A stretch of 61,656 nt of DNA from Bacteroidales bacterium (GCA_045615125.1 JAZLEF010000146.1:1-61656), one strand, 5' to 3'; shown: positions 38,881 to 48,089, counted from the stretch's first letter. A program made the numbers and translations. Notes: generated by a model from the letters alone, not told the origin.

Positions 38881-39485
38881 AATTTTTCAAAAGTGTATCC
38901 TTTATCCGTATAATATTCAAGAACTTTAGTCAATGCCGGTATCATATTGTTTACTGCTTTTTCGCTATCGTGGAAAACTATTATGCTTCCATCGTCGGTA
39001 TTTTTTATCACATTATTATAACAATCATCAGGAGTTAACGACTTATCCCAATCGTAAGAAATCACAGTCCAAGCCACGATTTTAAAATCCTTTTTCAAAT
39101 TCCTTATTTGTGAAAACTTAATCCTTCCATGAGGCGGACGGAACAAGGGCGATTGAATCAATGCATCAGCTTTTTTTACAGAAGCAACATAATCTTTGGT
39201 TTTTGTCATCCAGCCTCTTTCGTGATTGAAGGAGTGACTTCCAACTGCATGACCATCTTTCTTAATCAGTTCGAAAATATCTTTATATTTATTAACATTG
39301 TTACCTATGCAGAAGAAAGTCGCTTTAGCGTTAAAATTCTTTAAGATTTCAAGTACCTGCGGCGTTATTGTAGGATGCGGTCCATCGTCGAAGGTGATGT
39401 AAATTTTTTTTTCACCCTTAGGCATTTCCCAGAGAAATGAAGGGTAAAACATTCTTAATATTTTCGGTGTTGTGATGAAGCGCAT
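38874..39485 (-). CDS. polysaccharide deacetylase (NodB/CE4 family); start moved to ATG 39485
   Basis: FDDGPHPTITPQVLEILKNFNAKATFFCIG. The GTG start at 39500 would overlap the tRNA. Confidence 0.88.
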   Translation of the reverse strand: MRFITTPKILRMFYPSFLWEMPKGEKKIYITFDDGPHPTITPQVLEILKNFNAKATFFCIGNNVNKYKDIFELIKKDGHAVGSHSFNHERGWMTKTKDYVASVKKADALIQSPLFRPPHGRIKFSQIRNLKKDFKIVAWTVISYDWDKSLTPDDCYNNVIKNTDDGSIIVFHDSEKAVNNMIPALTKVLEYYTDKGYTFEKLG

Positions 39486-39491
39486 TTTTTG

Positions 39492-39563
39492 TACCCCCAC
39501 CGGGAATCGAACCCAGATTTAAAGTTTAGGAAACTTTCGTTCTATCCGTTGAACTATAGGGGC
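39492..39563 (-). tRNA. tRNA-Arg (anticodon CCT)
   Basis: 72-nt cloverleaf: GCCCCTA/TA/GTTC-AACGGATA-GAAC/G/AAAGT-TTCCTAA-ACTTT/AAAT/CTGGG-TTCGATT-CCCGG/TGGGGGT/A. No encoded CCA. Confidence 0.8.
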
Positions 39564-39571
39564 TTTTTTGA

Positions 39572-39612
39572 TTCATAATTCATAATGCATAATGCATAAT
39601 TGAAATGAATAA
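39572..39612. repeat. heptamer array TTCATAA TTCATAA TGCATAA TGCATAA TTGAAA TGAATAA
   Basis: Read directly; lies just 5' of the tRNA in its orientation. Confidence 0.85.
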
Positions 39613-39616
39613 TTTC

Positions 39617-39644
39617 CTTTAGACTTTAGACTTTTGTCTTTCGC
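39617..39644. repeat. heptamer array CTTTAGA CTTTAGA CTTTTGT CTTTCGC
   Basis: Read directly; same word family as 46815-46842 and 44450-44477. Confidence 0.85.
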
Positions 39645-39656
39645 CAATTTCGTGTG

Positions 39657-39664
39657 CAAAAATA
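39657..39664 (-). promoter_or_regulatory. -7 promoter box (TATTTTTG on minus strand), candidate tRNA promoter
   Basis: CAAAAATA on the plus strand, about 93 nt upstream of the tRNA 5' end. Confidence 0.35.
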
Positions 39665-39722
39665 ATGATTTTTTGTCAATAATTAATTTTTCATTTTACA
39701 TTTATTATTCTACCAAAATAAT

Positions 39723-39730
39723 TACCTTTG
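39723..39730 (+). promoter_or_regulatory. -7 promoter box TACCTTTG
   Basis: 38 nt upstream of panC. Confidence 0.5.
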
Positions 39731-39768
39731 CCACGTTTTTATGAAATGTTATAAGAAACATTAAAGAA

Positions 39769-40611
39769 ATGGAAGTTTTTAATTTTATCGTTGATATTCA
39801 ACGCTTTGTAGAAGAAAAACATAATCTTGGACTTAAAGTAGGTTTCGTTCCTACTATGGGTGCGCTGCATGAAGGTCATCTTTCATTGATAAATCGTGCT
39901 AAAAATGATAACGATATTGTTGTCAGCAGCGTATTCGTCAACCCAATTCAGTTCAACAATCCTACAGATTTGGAGAAATATCCTCGCACACCAGAACTCG
40001 ACATCGAGAAACTTAAGAATGCCGGTTGCGACGCAGTCTTCATGCCATCAGTAGAAGAGATGTATCCTGAAAAAGTGGAAGATCATTACGATTTCGGCGA
40101 TTTGGAACGCGTCATGGAAGGCGCTTGCCGTCCTGGCCACTTCAACGGTGTCGCCATCGTGGTTCGTAAATTGTTCGAGATAGTAAATCCTGACAAAGCA
40201 TATTTCGGAGAGAAAGACTTCCAACAACTTGCGATCATCAAGAAAATGGTTCGCAACCTCAATATGGGTTTGGAAATAGTTCCATGTCCTATCATCAGAG
40301 AAAACGACGGACTCGCCATGAGTTCTCGTAACGTACGTCTCAACGAAGCAGAACGTGCGATAGCTCCTAAAATCTTCGCGACTTTGAACGATGCCGTATC
40401 GAAAAAAGATTCAATGTCACCTGCAAAAATGAGAGAATACGCTCTCGCCAAATACGCAGAGATAAAAGAGTTTGACGTTGAATACGTTGAGATAACAGAT
40501 GAAATAAACTTACAATCTATAAATAATTGGAACGAATGTGAACACGCTCGTATCTTCGTGGCTCTTCAACTCGGACCAGTTCGCTTAATCGATAACGTTA
40601 GAATTTTTTAA
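39769..40611 (+). CDS. panC: pantoate--beta-alanine ligase
   Basis: [21 protein letters not shown]-type motif. Confidence 0.95.
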   Translation: MEVFNFIVDIQRFVEEKHNLGLKVGFVPTMGALHEGHLSLINRAKNDNDIVVSSVFVNPIQFNNPTDLEKYPRTPELDIEKLKNAGCDAVFMPSVEEMYPEKVEDHYDFGDLERVMEGACRPGHFNGVAIVVRKLFEIVNPDKAYFGEKDFQQLAIIKKMVRNLNMGLEIVPCPIIRENDGLAMSSRNVRLNEAERAIAPKIFATLNDAVSKKDSMSPAKMREYALAKYAEIKEFDVEYVEITDEINLQSINNWNECEHARIFVALQLGPVRLIDNVRIF

Positions 40612-40612
40612 T

Positions 40613-40957
40613 ATGAATATTGAAGTTCTTAAATCAAAAATCCATCGCGCTACAGTAACACAAGCCGACCTTAATTACATTGGTACCATCACTATAGACG
40701 AAGATTTGTTAGATGCAGCTAATATCATTGAAAACGAACGTGTTGACATCTACAACATCACAAATGGCGAACGTCTTTGTACCTACGCTATCAAAGGTGA
40801 ACGCGGTTCAGGCGTGATAGGAATCAACGGAGCAGCAGCTCATAAAGTAAACGTTGGCGACCTCGTCATCATCGTTTCCTACTGCTCAATGGATTTCGAA
40901 GAAGCTAAAAAGCACAAGCCTTCCATCGTATTCCCTAACGAAAACAACAAAATATAA
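40613..40957 (+). CDS. panD: aspartate 1-decarboxylase proenzyme, with Thr at the Ser25 self-processing position
   Basis: [30 protein letters not shown] aligns with the E. coli K9/H11/G24-S25 region; R54, Y58 and NGAAA retained. Confidence 0.9.
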   Translation: MNIEVLKSKIHRATVTQADLNYIGTITIDEDLLDAANIIENERVDIYNITNGERLCTYAIKGERGSGVIGINGAAAHKVNVGDLVIIVSYCSMDFEEAKKHKPSIVFPNENNKI

Positions 40958-40961
40958 GGCA

Positions 40962-41972
40962 TTGAAAAAGAAGATTTCCAATACATTAACATATATTGTT
41001 TTCCTCTTATTGGGGATTCTTCTTCTATGGCTTTGCTTCAGAAAAATCGAATTCGGCCAAGTGGTCGATTATATCAAGACAGCGAAATATTCCTGGATGT
41101 TGTTAAGTTTAGCATGTCTAGGAATATCTTTGTTTTTCAGAGCCTTACGCTGGAATATCCTGATAGAATCTCTTGGTTATAAAACAAGAGTCTCATCGAC
41201 TTACGAGTCGGTCTTGATAGCATATCTAGCAAATGCCGTCTTCCCTCGTCTCGGCGAAGTGACACGTTGCGGAACTCTCACCAAAAAAGAAAACATTCCT
41301 TTCGACAAATCATTCGGAACCGTCATCTCAGAACGCGTAGTGGACCTCGCAGTTCTTTTTGCCATGGCGATACTAGTCGTTCTGTTTCAATGGAATCTGC
41401 TCGGCAGCCTCGTGACTTCTTGGCTTAATCCTTTGATTGAGACATTGAAAAACAATGCGATGTTAGGAACAATAGCGATTTCGGCAATATTAGCTATTTT
41501 TGCCGCTATCGTTATGATTTTCAAAAAGAAAAAAACTATAATAACAGAAAATAAAATCTATAAAAAAATTGCATCCTTGTGCAAAGGATTCCTCGATGGC
41601 GTCAAGACGATTTTCACCATGAAGAAAAAAGGATTGTTCATTTTGTACACCTTGTTGATTTGGGGATTTTATGTCGTAATGACTTGGTTACCATTCTATA
41701 TGCTTACAGAGACATCACATCTTGGCATAACAGAGGCAATCACTTTATTAGGATTAGCGACATTAGGATTCGTGGCACCGGTTCCTGGAGGAATGGGAGT
41801 CTATCATTTCATCGGAATACTTTTACTTAACGGATTTTACGGCATCTCGGAGTCAGCTGCCGTTTCATTTGTCACTATAAATCATACAAGTCAGATGATA
41901 TTTTATCTCGTGACGGGATGTATAGCTTACGCAGTCATGTTCTTTATAGACAGGAGAGCTCCGATAAATTAG
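40962..41972 (+). CDS. LPG-synthase-TM / flippase-like (UPF0104) membrane protein; probable TTG start
   Basis: No ATG after the panD stop until deep in TM2. TTG 40962 gives MKKKISNTLTYIVFLLLGILLLW; FRALRWNIL motif. Confidence 0.65.
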   Translation: MKKKISNTLTYIVFLLLGILLLWLCFRKIEFGQVVDYIKTAKYSWMLLSLACLGISLFFRALRWNILIESLGYKTRVSSTYESVLIAYLANAVFPRLGEVTRCGTLTKKENIPFDKSFGTVISERVVDLAVLFAMAILVVLFQWNLLGSLVTSWLNPLIETLKNNAMLGTIAISAILAIFAAIVMIFKKKKTIITENKIYKKIASLCKGFLDGVKTIFTMKKKGLFILYTLLIWGFYVVMTWLPFYMLTETSHLGITEAITLLGLATLGFVAPVPGGMGVYHFIGILLLNGFYGISESAAVSFVTINHTSQMIFYLVTGCIAYAVMFFIDRRAPIN

Positions 41973-41997
41973 AAATTTTATATTAAAAATTATTAAC

Positions 41998-42480
41998 ATG
42001 AAACATTTAGAAAAGATTTACGATAAGATTTTAAACAAAGAATCTCTTGAAGAGAAGTTGAATTTGTGGCGCAAGGAAGAAAAAAAGATAGTCTTTTCTA
42101 ACGGATGTTTCGACATTTTGCATCGAGGTCATGTTGAATATCTTTCTAAGGCAGCCGACTTAGGCGATATACTCGTGATAGGTTTAAACACTGACGCTTC
42201 TGTGAAAAGATTGAAAGGTCCATCACGACCGGTCAATGATGAAAGAGCACGCGCTGTGGTGCTGGCAGCATTGGAATTTATCGATGCTATAATATTTTTT
42301 GAAGAAGATACTCCTTATAATTTAATTAAATACGTACAACCTGACGTACTCGTTAAAGGTAAAGACTACAAAGCAGAAGACATCGTCGGTTACGACATTG
42401 TAACTGGCAATGGTGGAAAAGTGGAGACTATAGAATTAGTTGAAGGATTTTCAACGACAAAGACAATTGAAAGAATGTAG
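41998..42480 (+). CDS. rfaE2: D-glycero-beta-D-manno-heptose 1-phosphate adenylyltransferase (RfaE domain II type cytidylyltransferase)
   Basis: VFSNGCFDILHRGHVEYL; 160 aa. Confidence 0.85.
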   Translation: MKHLEKIYDKILNKESLEEKLNLWRKEEKKIVFSNGCFDILHRGHVEYLSKAADLGDILVIGLNTDASVKRLKGPSRPVNDERARAVVLAALEFIDAIIFFEEDTPYNLIKYVQPDVLVKGKDYKAEDIVGYDIVTGNGGKVETIELVEGFSTTKTIERM

Positions 42481-42530
42481 AATTGAGAATTATTTTTCAT
42501 TCCTAATTCCACATTCCTAATCAATTATCA
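42478..42530. repeat. octamer words filling a convergent gap
   Basis: Plus strand TAGAATTG AGAATTAT from the rfaE2 stop. Minus strand TGA TAATTGAT TAGGAATG TGGAATTA GGAATGAA from the rlmI stop. Confidence 0.75.
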
Positions 42531-43727
42531 ATCAATCTTCAAAACCAAACCTTTCAGGTAAGCTCCTTCCGGATGATAAATATTTACCGGATGATCGTCT
42601 GGCTGGTCGAGTTGGAATATTATCTGAGCCTTGCGACCTGCTTCGATAGCTGCTGCCATCACGATGCTTTGGAACTGCGCCTTATCGACAGCTTGCGAGC
42701 AGCTGAAAGTGAACAAGAGTCCGCCTTCTTTTATCTTCTTCATCGCTTCGAGATTTATGAATTTGTAGCCTTGCAAACCTCTATGCAACGACTTATGATT
42801 CTTGGCGAATGCCGGTGGGTCGAGGATGATAAGGTCGAACTCGCCTTTTTTCATGTTCTGAAGGAAGAGCTTCGCATCTTCTGCGACACTTGGATTGTCT
42901 TCAATGCTGAATCCATTGAGAGCGATATTCTTTTCACAGGCAGCGATTGCCTTCTTTGAACAATCAACAGAAACGACTTTATTTGCGCCGCCTTTAAGAG
43001 CTGTGACAGAGAAACCGCCTGTGTAACAGAAAGTATTAAGAACGTTCTTTCCTTTAGCAAGTTGTCTCACCAAGTCACGGTTGAAACGTTGGTCGAGGAA
43101 GAAACCTGTCTTCTGACCGCCTTCCCAGTCAACCAAGAACTTAGAACCGTTTTCCAATACAAACTCATCAGAATTTTCACCTATGAGATAACCGTCTTCA
43201 ACAGCATCTTTACCCATACGCTGCATTGCCTCAGAGCTCTTGTTATAGACAGAATTGATATTCAATCCATCAACATTCATCAAAGCATCAGCGATAGCTT
43301 TCACGTTAAGAGCCATGCCTTCTGTCTGAGCCTGAACAACGGCAGTCTTTCCATAAATATCAATTATAAGACCTGGAAGTTCGTCACCTTCAGAATGAAC
43401 AAGACGATAGCAGTTGGTTTGCCCGTTATCCGTGAGTCCCATCAGTTTACGCAATTCAAAAGCCTTGTTGAGACGTTCTTTCCAGAAAAACATGTCTATC
43501 TTTCTGTTATCGAAAGATAATATTTTAACTGCTATATTTCCAGCCTCAGCGAAACCAGTCCCGAGAACGTTATTTTTAGAATCAACGACTGTGACTATAT
43601 CGCCTGCTTGCAAATCGCTTGCTGCAGATTCTATTGCGCCAGAGAAAATCCAAGGATGGAAACGTTTAACGGCTTCGTCTTTGCCTTTGCGAAGTTTAAT
43701 GACAGGATATAATGGTGATGAGTTCAT
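42528..43727 (-). CDS. rlmI: 23S rRNA (cytosine1962-C5)-methyltransferase RlmI-like, PUA + SAM-MTase (start moved to MNSSPLY)
   Basis: KRFHPWIFSGAI N-terminus; LILDPPAF motif IV. The ORF-track start 43745 is the TTG of the promoter box. Confidence 0.85.
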   Translation of the reverse strand: MNSSPLYPVIKLRKGKDEAVKRFHPWIFSGAIESAASDLQAGDIVTVVDSKNNVLGTGFAEAGNIAVKILSFDNRKIDMFFWKERLNKAFELRKLMGLTDNGQTNCYRLVHSEGDELPGLIIDIYGKTAVVQAQTEGMALNVKAIADALMNVDGLNINSVYNKSSEAMQRMGKDAVEDGYLIGENSDEFVLENGSKFLVDWEGGQKTGFFLDQRFNRDLVRQLAKGKNVLNTFCYTGGFSVTALKGGANKVVSVDCSKKAIAACEKNIALNGFSIEDNPSVAEDAKLFLQNMKKGEFDLIILDPPAFAKNHKSLHRGLQGYKFINLEAMKKIKEGGLLFTFSCSQAVDKAQFQSIVMAAAIEAGRKAQIIFQLDQPDDHPVNIYHPEGAYLKGLVLKID

Positions 43728-43742
43728 ATTTGAAATTTTGCG

Positions 43743-43750
43743 CAAAGATA
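43743..43750 (-). promoter_or_regulatory. -7 promoter box (TATCTTTG on minus strand)
   Basis: CAAAGATA on the plus strand, 15 nt upstream of ATG 43727. Confidence 0.55.
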
Positions 43751-43808
43751 CTTATTTTAAGTCAACAAGTCAACATGACTACAAGGCAACATTATGTCGT
43801 TTTCAATG

Positions 43809-44447
43809 TCAAAATGACTCATCTATCAAAGGCAGTATCTCTTTCTCAAAAATAGATTTCTCAATGATTCTGTAGTGCGGATTATATTCGGAATTATAAA
43901 TCTCGCTGTGATGCACTGCGTATTTGCCTTGCTCCAAAACTGAATGTATTATCTCCAAATCTTCTTCAAAATTTTCCAGATTTAAATTCATTGAAATAAT
44001 GACAGATTCTATCTCAGCCCATTCAGTTTTCCATTCCTCGATGTCATTCAGATTCACATTCTCTACACTTCTTAGAAAAGCATCGAAGAAATCATGATAT
44101 GATATTTTATTTTCTTTTATGACAGAGAGATTGACTCTGTATTAATTAGATTCGTAACCTGTCGGTTCGTAATATTTTTCGTGAAAGACTGTCGAGTTGT
44201 TAAGTTCATGACGAAGGTATCTCCCCGCCATAGAAGTGTCGCTGACAAGATGACCCGGACCGAATCTGTCTTGAAAGAAACTCTTATATAAATCCTGCAA
44301 AGTCGATTTAGGGAAATCGTTAAGCTGACGTCGCACGGATTTTTGGATTTTGTCAACAGACAACGGACAAGAGACAACAGACCTTGTTGCAAAAAGAATC
44401 AAAAATATCAATGTCAAATACCTAAACGTAATTTTCATAAATATCAA
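43809..44447 (-). pseudogene. lipoprotein gene interrupted by a single in-frame TAA (44142-44144)
   Basis: ORFs 44142..44447 and 43809..44057 share one frame, and the 84 nt between them are open. The downstream part has no ATG or promoter box of its own. Confidence 0.6.
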
Positions 44448-44449
44448 GT

Positions 44450-44477
44450 CTTTTGTCCGTCATCCTTAGCCCTTAGT
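44450..44477. repeat. heptamer array CTTTTGT CCGTCAT CCTTAGC CCTTAGT (minus strand ACTAAGG GCTAAGG ATGACGG ACAAAAG)
   Basis: Spans the stop codon of gene 44473. Confidence 0.75.
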
Positions 44478-45441
44478 CAATCTTGACAAGTTCATATTCT
44501 CTCGAGCCAAGTCCTATTGCTGCGGCATGTTCGATAATATGAACACCATGACGTGAGTTGATTCTCTCTATCAATGCCTTAGCGTCGTCACCTTCTTGTG
44601 AAGGATAATTGAATACCAAGTCAACGCATGCCTGATCGAGGGCGACAGGGTCGGTAGATGCTAAGATGCCGATATCTTTCATTTCTGGATCGGCTGGATG
44701 ATTGTTGCAGTCGCAATCGACAGAAAGATTATTCATGACATTGATATATAATATCTTTCCGTCAAAATAATCGTGAACTGATTGAGCTGATGCTGCCATA
44801 GCTTCGATGAAATGGTCTTGAGAGACATCGCGATTTTCTTTCCAAATAAGATTCTTGTCTTCTGTTTTTCCTGCGGTATGGATATATGCTTTGCCATTAG
44901 CTGAAGCAATGCCAATAGACTGATTTTTCAATACACCGCCGAATCCGCCCATGGCGTGACCTTTGAAGTGAGCAATGTTAATCATGAAGTCGTAGTTGTC
45001 GATATGGTCACCGACGATATTATATTTGATATGAGTTGTGTCTTTGACTGGGATTTTCTTTTCTCCAAATTCATCCATAAGGTCACATGGAGCTATCGCC
45101 ATAAAACCATGATCTTTAAAAGTTTGCCAATGTGCTTCATTGGTGTTACGTCTGCCGGCGTAAGCTGTATTACATTCAACTAATGTTCCGTTTACTTTTT
45201 GTACAAGGTCTTTGATAAGTTCAGGTTTCAAGAAGTTTTTGCCACCAGGTTCACCTGTTGAAATCTTGACAGCCACTCTGCCTTCAGCTTTAATGCCAAG
45301 AGCCTCATAAACTTTAACGAGACCTTCTGGAGAGATGTCGCTTGTCATATAAACGACAGGTTTTTCATTTTTGTCATTTGTGCAATTGACTAACAAAGTC
45401 ATCATAAAGATTGCTATAAAAATTTGTTTTATTGCTTTCAT
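44473..45441 (-). CDS. DUF362-like lipoprotein
   Basis: Lipobox LLVNC; VAVKISTGEPGGKNFL ... VECNTAYAGRR blocks recalled from DUF362 proteins. Confidence 0.5.
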   Translation of the reverse strand: MKAIKQIFIAIFMMTLLVNCTNDKNEKPVVYMTSDISPEGLVKVYEALGIKAEGRVAVKISTGEPGGKNFLKPELIKDLVQKVNGTLVECNTAYAGRRNTNEAHWQTFKDHGFMAIAPCDLMDEFGEKKIPVKDTTHIKYNIVGDHIDNYDFMINIAHFKGHAMGGFGGVLKNQSIGIASANGKAYIHTAGKTEDKNLIWKENRDVSQDHFIEAMAASAQSVHDYFDGKILYINVMNNLSVDCDCNNHPADPEMKDIGILASTDPVALDQACVDLVFNYPSQEGDDAKALIERINSRHGVHIIEHAAAIGLGSREYELVKID

Positions 45442-45452
45442 AATTATTATTT

Positions 45453-46724
45453 TTATAGTCTTCCATCAATAATATTTCTATCCAAAATACCCTTCACATC
45501 GTAGATGACACTGTTTTCTTTCATTAAAGATTTTATGTCTAAATTCAAAAAATGATCATGGGCCACTGCCAGAATAGCAGCGTCATATTTTTCATTAACT
45601 TCTAATTCATTGACAATATCAAGATTATATTCTTTCTTCACTAATTTCGTGTCAGCCCATGGGTCGAAAATAGTGATATTATCAGTAAATTCTTTTAATG
45701 TATGTATAATATCGGAAACCTTGGTGTTACGAATATCGGGACAGTTTTCCTTGAATGTGATTCCAAGAATGAGAATTTTTGCATCTTTGACAAGGACACC
45801 TTTTTTATTCATCAGTTTAATAGTCTTATTCGCAACATATTCTCCCATACCATCGTTGAGATGACGTGCCGACGACATGATACGAGGCATCACTCCATAA
45901 ACCTGAGCTTTTTGTATGAGATAATAAGGGTCAACGCTGATGCAATGTCCGCCTACGAGACCAGGATTCAATTTAATGAAATTCCATTTTGAAGAAGCTG
46001 CTTCTATAACATCATGTGTATCAATTCCCATTGCATTAAAAATCTTGGCAAGTTCATTTATGAATGCAATGTTCACATCACGCTGCGAATTCTCTATTAT
46101 CTTGGATGCTTCTGCAACTTTTATAGAAGGTGCTTTATGCGTTCCATTGATTAAGACTGTGTTATATACAGTATCGACAGTTTCTGCAATCTCTGGCGTT
46201 GAACCAGACGTCACCTTCTTGATTTTCTCTACGGTATGCAACTTATCTCCTGGGTTTATTCTTTCAGGCGAATAACCTGCAAAAAAATCGACATTGAATT
46301 TCAAACCAGAAATTTTCTCGACTACAGGAATACATTCCTCTTCTGTTACACCAGGATAAACCGTTGATTCATATACTACAATATCATTTTTCTTAATAAC
46401 TTTTCCAACAGTCTCACTAGCCTTGATCAAAGGTGTTAAATCCGGATGGTTGTTTTCATCAATAGGAGTTGGAACTGCCACAACATAAAAGTTAAAATCT
46501 TTTAAGTCATTAATATTTGTAGTACACCTAAATCCATGATTAATAATAGCATCTTTCAACAAATCATCATCGACTTCCAAGGTTGAGTCGACACCTTTGT
46601 TCAGTTGATTAACACGAGTTTCATTAAGGTCAAAACCTATTGTCTCAAACTTAGTAGAAAAAAGTCGTGCGAGAGGAAGTCCCACATAACCAAGACCTAT
46701 GACTGCTATTTTAATATTCTCCAT
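45453..46724 (-). CDS. nucleotide-sugar 6-dehydrogenase, TviB/WbpO-like (UDP-HexNAc dehydrogenase)
   Basis: IAVIGLGYVGLPLA Rossmann motif; catalytic GGHCI. Confidence 0.85.
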   Translation of the reverse strand: MENIKIAVIGLGYVGLPLARLFSTKFETIGFDLNETRVNQLNKGVDSTLEVDDDLLKDAIINHGFRCTTNINDLKDFNFYVVAVPTPIDENNHPDLTPLIKASETVGKVIKKNDIVVYESTVYPGVTEEECIPVVEKISGLKFNVDFFAGYSPERINPGDKLHTVEKIKKVTSGSTPEIAETVDTVYNTVLINGTHKAPSIKVAEASKIIENSQRDVNIAFINELAKIFNAMGIDTHDVIEAASSKWNFIKLNPGLVGGHCISVDPYYLIQKAQVYGVMPRIMSSARHLNDGMGEYVANKTIKLMNKKGVLVKDAKILILGITFKENCPDIRNTKVSDIIHTLKEFTDNITIFDPWADTKLVKKEYNLDIVNELEVNEKYDAAILAVAHDHFLNLDIKSLMKENSVIYDVKGILDRNIIDGRL

Positions 46725-46744
46725 TGAAAAAATTATTAAGATTA

Positions 46745-46752
46745 CAAAGATA
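46745..46752 (-). promoter_or_regulatory. -7 promoter box (TATCTTTG on minus strand)
   Basis: CAAAGATA on the plus strand, 20 nt upstream of ATG 46724. Confidence 0.55.
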
Positions 46753-46814
46753 AAAAAAATTATTTATCTAATACAAGTTGGTATAACAATCTGTTATATT
46801 TTCTTTCAAAAAAA

Positions 46815-46842
46815 CTTTAGCCCTTAGTCTTTTGTCTTTTGC
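46815..46842. repeat. heptamer array CTTTAGC CCTTAGT CTTTTGT CTTTTGC
   Basis: Read directly; 8 nt upstream of the wecC promoter box. Confidence 0.8.
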
Positions 46843-46850
46843 CATTTTAT

Positions 46851-46858
46851 TATCTTTG
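46851..46858 (+). promoter_or_regulatory. -7 promoter box TATCTTTG
   Basis: 22 nt upstream of ATG 46881. Confidence 0.55.
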
Positions 46859-46880
46859 CAGATAAATAAAATTTCGTAAG

Positions 46881-48089
46881 ATGAGAGCTTGTTTCATGGG
46901 TTTAGGTTACATCGGTCTGCCAACAGCGATTATCGCTGCTAAACATGGCGTCGATGTAGTCGGAGTGGATATCAATAAAAATGTGGTTGAGACTACTAAC
47001 AAAGGCGTGCTTCATATCATTGAACCTGGTATGGAACAGCTTCTTAAGGAAGTCATCGCCAGCGGTAGGTTCAAGGCTTATACTGAACCTCAAGAATGTG
47101 ACGCTTATTTCATCGTCGTTCCAACTCCATTCAAAGGCGACCACGAACCTGACATCTCTTACGTGGAAGCTGCCACTCGCATGGTGTTGCCTCTCCTCAA
47201 AGCTAACGACCTCTTCGTCATCGAATCGACATCACCAGTCGGAACTACAGAGAAGATGATGTCGCTGATTTATGAGACTCGCCCAGAACTTAAAGACAAG
47301 ATTTTCATCGCTTACTGCCCTGAACGTGTGCTCCCTGGCAACGTGATATTCGAACTCGAAAACAACGACCGCGTCATCGGCGGCGTCAACGAGGCTTCGA
47401 CAGAAAAAGCTAAAGAGTTTTACCAAATATTTGTTAAAGGCGCATTACATTCAACAAACAGCCGTACAGCGGAGATGTGCAAACTCACAGAGAATTCTTC
47501 TCGCGACGTACAGATAGCTTTCGCTAACGAATTGTCAATCATATGCGACAAGGCAGGCATCAATGTCTGGGAACTCATCGATTTGGCAAACAAACATCCA
47601 AGAGTCAACATACTTCGTCCAGGTTGCGGAGTCGGCGGTCATTGCATCGCTGTTGACCCATATTTCATTACGGCTGATTATCCAAAAGAATCGAAGATTA
47701 TCGCAACAGCGAGAGAGATAAATAATTACAAGGCACTTTGGTGCGCTGAGAAAGTGAAGAACTGCATGCTTGAGTTTGAACTCAAAAACCATCGTAAACC
47801 AAAAGTGGCGATGATGGGTCTCGCTTTCAAACCTAATATCGACGATTTAAGAGAGTCTCCTGCCAAGTCAATAACAACCAATGTGATTCAGGCTTGCAAT
47901 AATCCCGACATCATGGTTGTAGAACCTAACGTAAAAGAAAATAATCTCTTCAAACTCACTGATTATAAAGTCGCTTACGAGACTGCTGACATTGTTGTCT
48001 TCCTCGTAAACCATCGTGAATTTGCTGAACTTAACTACAGAAACGATGTGATTGTACTTGATTTCTGCGGCAATAATATGAACAAATAA
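46881..48089 (+). CDS. wecC: UDP-N-acetyl-D-mannosamine dehydrogenase
   Basis: MGLGYIGLPTA; GVGGHCI; followed by wecB. Confidence 0.85.
   Translation: MRACFMGLGYIGLPTAIIAAKHGVDVVGVDINKNVVETTNKGVLHIIEPGMEQLLKEVIASGRFKAYTEPQECDAYFIVVPTPFKGDHEPDISYVEAATRMVLPLLKANDLFVIESTSPVGTTEKMMSLIYETRPELKDKIFIAYCPERVLPGNVIFELENNDRVIGGVNEASTEKAKEFYQIFVKGALHSTNSRTAEMCKLTENSSRDVQIAFANELSIICDKAGINVWELIDLANKHPRVNILRPGCGVGGHCIAVDPYFITADYPKESKIIATAREINNYKALWCAEKVKNCMLEFELKNHRKPKVAMMGLAFKPNIDDLRESPAKSITTNVIQACNNPDIMVVEPNVKENNLFKLTDYKVAYETADIVVFLVNHREFAELNYRNDVIVLDFCGNNMNK

Noticed and set aside
39486-39500. GTG start at 39500 for the deacetylase
   Set aside because: It would overlap the 3' end of tRNA-Arg by 9 nt. 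ATG 39485 removes the overlap.
39741-39764. 7-codon uORF (MKCYKKH*) just upstream of panC
   Set aside because: It is very short and AT-rich, with no attenuator-type structure or pantothenate-related codon logic. It is likely chance.
40854-40961. ATG 40854 start for the flippase-like gene, overlapping panD by about 100 nt
   Set aside because: The overlap region translates to a Ser-rich nonsense peptide. TTG 40962, just after the panD stop, gives a typical basic N-terminus plus TM helix.
44117-44392. 91-aa ORF in an alternative frame overlapping the split lipoprotein gene
   Set aside because: It overlaps a frame that has a clear signal peptide and lipobox, and its translation has no features.
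46760-46869. 10-bp inverted repeat TTATTTATCT / AGATAAATAA bracketing the wecC promoter (possible invertible promoter)
   Set aside because: It is short and pure AT in an AT-rich spacer, with mismatches immediately outside. No recombinase gene is nearby and there is no resemblance to known Bacteroides invertase sites. Both flanking genes already have their own outward-facing -7 boxes.
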